This document shows, piece after piece, positions 63,426-64,000 of a stretch of 64,000 nt of DNA (its first letter is position 1; each line of letters starts with the position of its first letter). The stretch lies in IMG/VR virus record IMGVR_UViG_3300045684_000009, positions 69,829-133,828 of that record; one strand, given 5' to 3'. The notes beneath the pieces are model-generated. The model made no database searches. It was not told the origin of the DNA and was given only the letters and a program-made list of their open reading frames with translations. This DNA is from a virus. The position numbers were made by a program, and so were the translations under genes.

Positions 63426-64000
63426 TTTTTTATGTAATATATATACATATTGAGAGGGAATAATACAGCCTCGGCTACCAATGTTGTAAAATAAACCACC
63501 AAAATGTAACGTTGGCTACCAATGTTTGTAATCGCGGCGGTGAAATAAGGTATATAATACACCAACAAAACCTACAACAATACTATAAGAAGATATAAAG
63601 ATGAGTAAGAAAGTATAGAGAGTGAGAACAATGGTTGACCGATGTTGAGGGTTTGAATGTCTTAAAACGTGGTTTGGGGGTTAAACCACCACCAAAACAC
63701 CACCACTTAACACCCGTAAACCCTTGATACACAGTGGTTTACACCCATAACCCCTAACACTCCCCCAAACAGACATATATGTCAACGTTTCTTGATTGCG
63801 GTGGATATCTACTTCGGAAACTGTACTCTCTATACTATATAATGAGTGTAATCAGTGTATGTTTGTCTTCTACCCCCCCCCCCAAACAGCATATTTATAG
63901 CAATAATGATGGTCACATGTCACCCCCACACACTCGTATACGCACGTATGTATGTACACATATGTATGAACTAGTATGTTGATGGTCATTTATACTAGGT

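Larger units (their letters stand above)
9493..63646. repeat. Dispersed 19-20-bp quasi-palindromic repeat AACMTYGG-N3/4-CCRAKGTT, 25 copies
   Basis: Copies start at 9493, 17235, 24401, 31267, 35359, 39006, 41866, 44189, 47484, 49933, 51920, 53401, 56341, 58379, 60579, 61559, 62322, 62797, 63156, 63186, 63217, 63244, 63467, 63508 and 63627. Confidence 0.9.

Noticed and set aside
63779-63982. Plus-strand 67-aa ORF
   Set aside because: It runs through poly-C and low-complexity sequence in the non-coding end region and has no protein-like features.
1-64000. Stop-codon reassignment as in some crAss-like phages
   Set aside because: Recognisable enzymes translate full-length in the standard code, coding density is high, and no suppressor tRNA is seen.

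Overview
A 64-kb segment of a large, AT-rich dsDNA bacteriophage. The host is probably Bacteroidota, inferred from TAnnTTTG-type promoters, A/T-rich leaders without Shine-Dalgarno sequences, and a crAss-like PolB and primase. Almost all genes are on the minus strand, running from a ~1-kb non-coding, repeat-rich region at the right end through small early genes. They then cover (i) a complete phage-encoded ubiquitin-like conjugation cassette (E2-domain protein, Ubl, JAB/MPN protease, ThiF/E1, then an M20/M28 peptidase); (ii) primase, an SPFH protein, tRNA-Gln and Thg1; (iii) a family B DNA polymerase; (iv) a dense RNA-repair/nucleotidyltransferase cluster (RNA ligase, NADAR, three Pol-beta NTases, PNK, Pth2-like protein, CCA-adding enzyme, metallophosphoesterase); (v) a Prs-like + Nampt-like pair matching the NARP1 NAD+ reconstitution pathway; and (vi) nucleotide metabolism and recombination genes (NrdJ, MazG, two C5 methyltransferases, NinG-like nuclease, RecA). 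A 4-kb plus-strand island of probable virion genes and the 3' end of a large plus-strand gene are the only exceptions. The most striking non-coding signal is a 19-20-bp quasi-palindrome, AACMTYGG-N3/4-CCRAKGTT. I counted 25 copies by eye, inside and between genes, with spacing shrinking from ~7-8 kb at the left to ~30 bp at the right end. All functional calls come from motif recognition by eye; no database searches were run.
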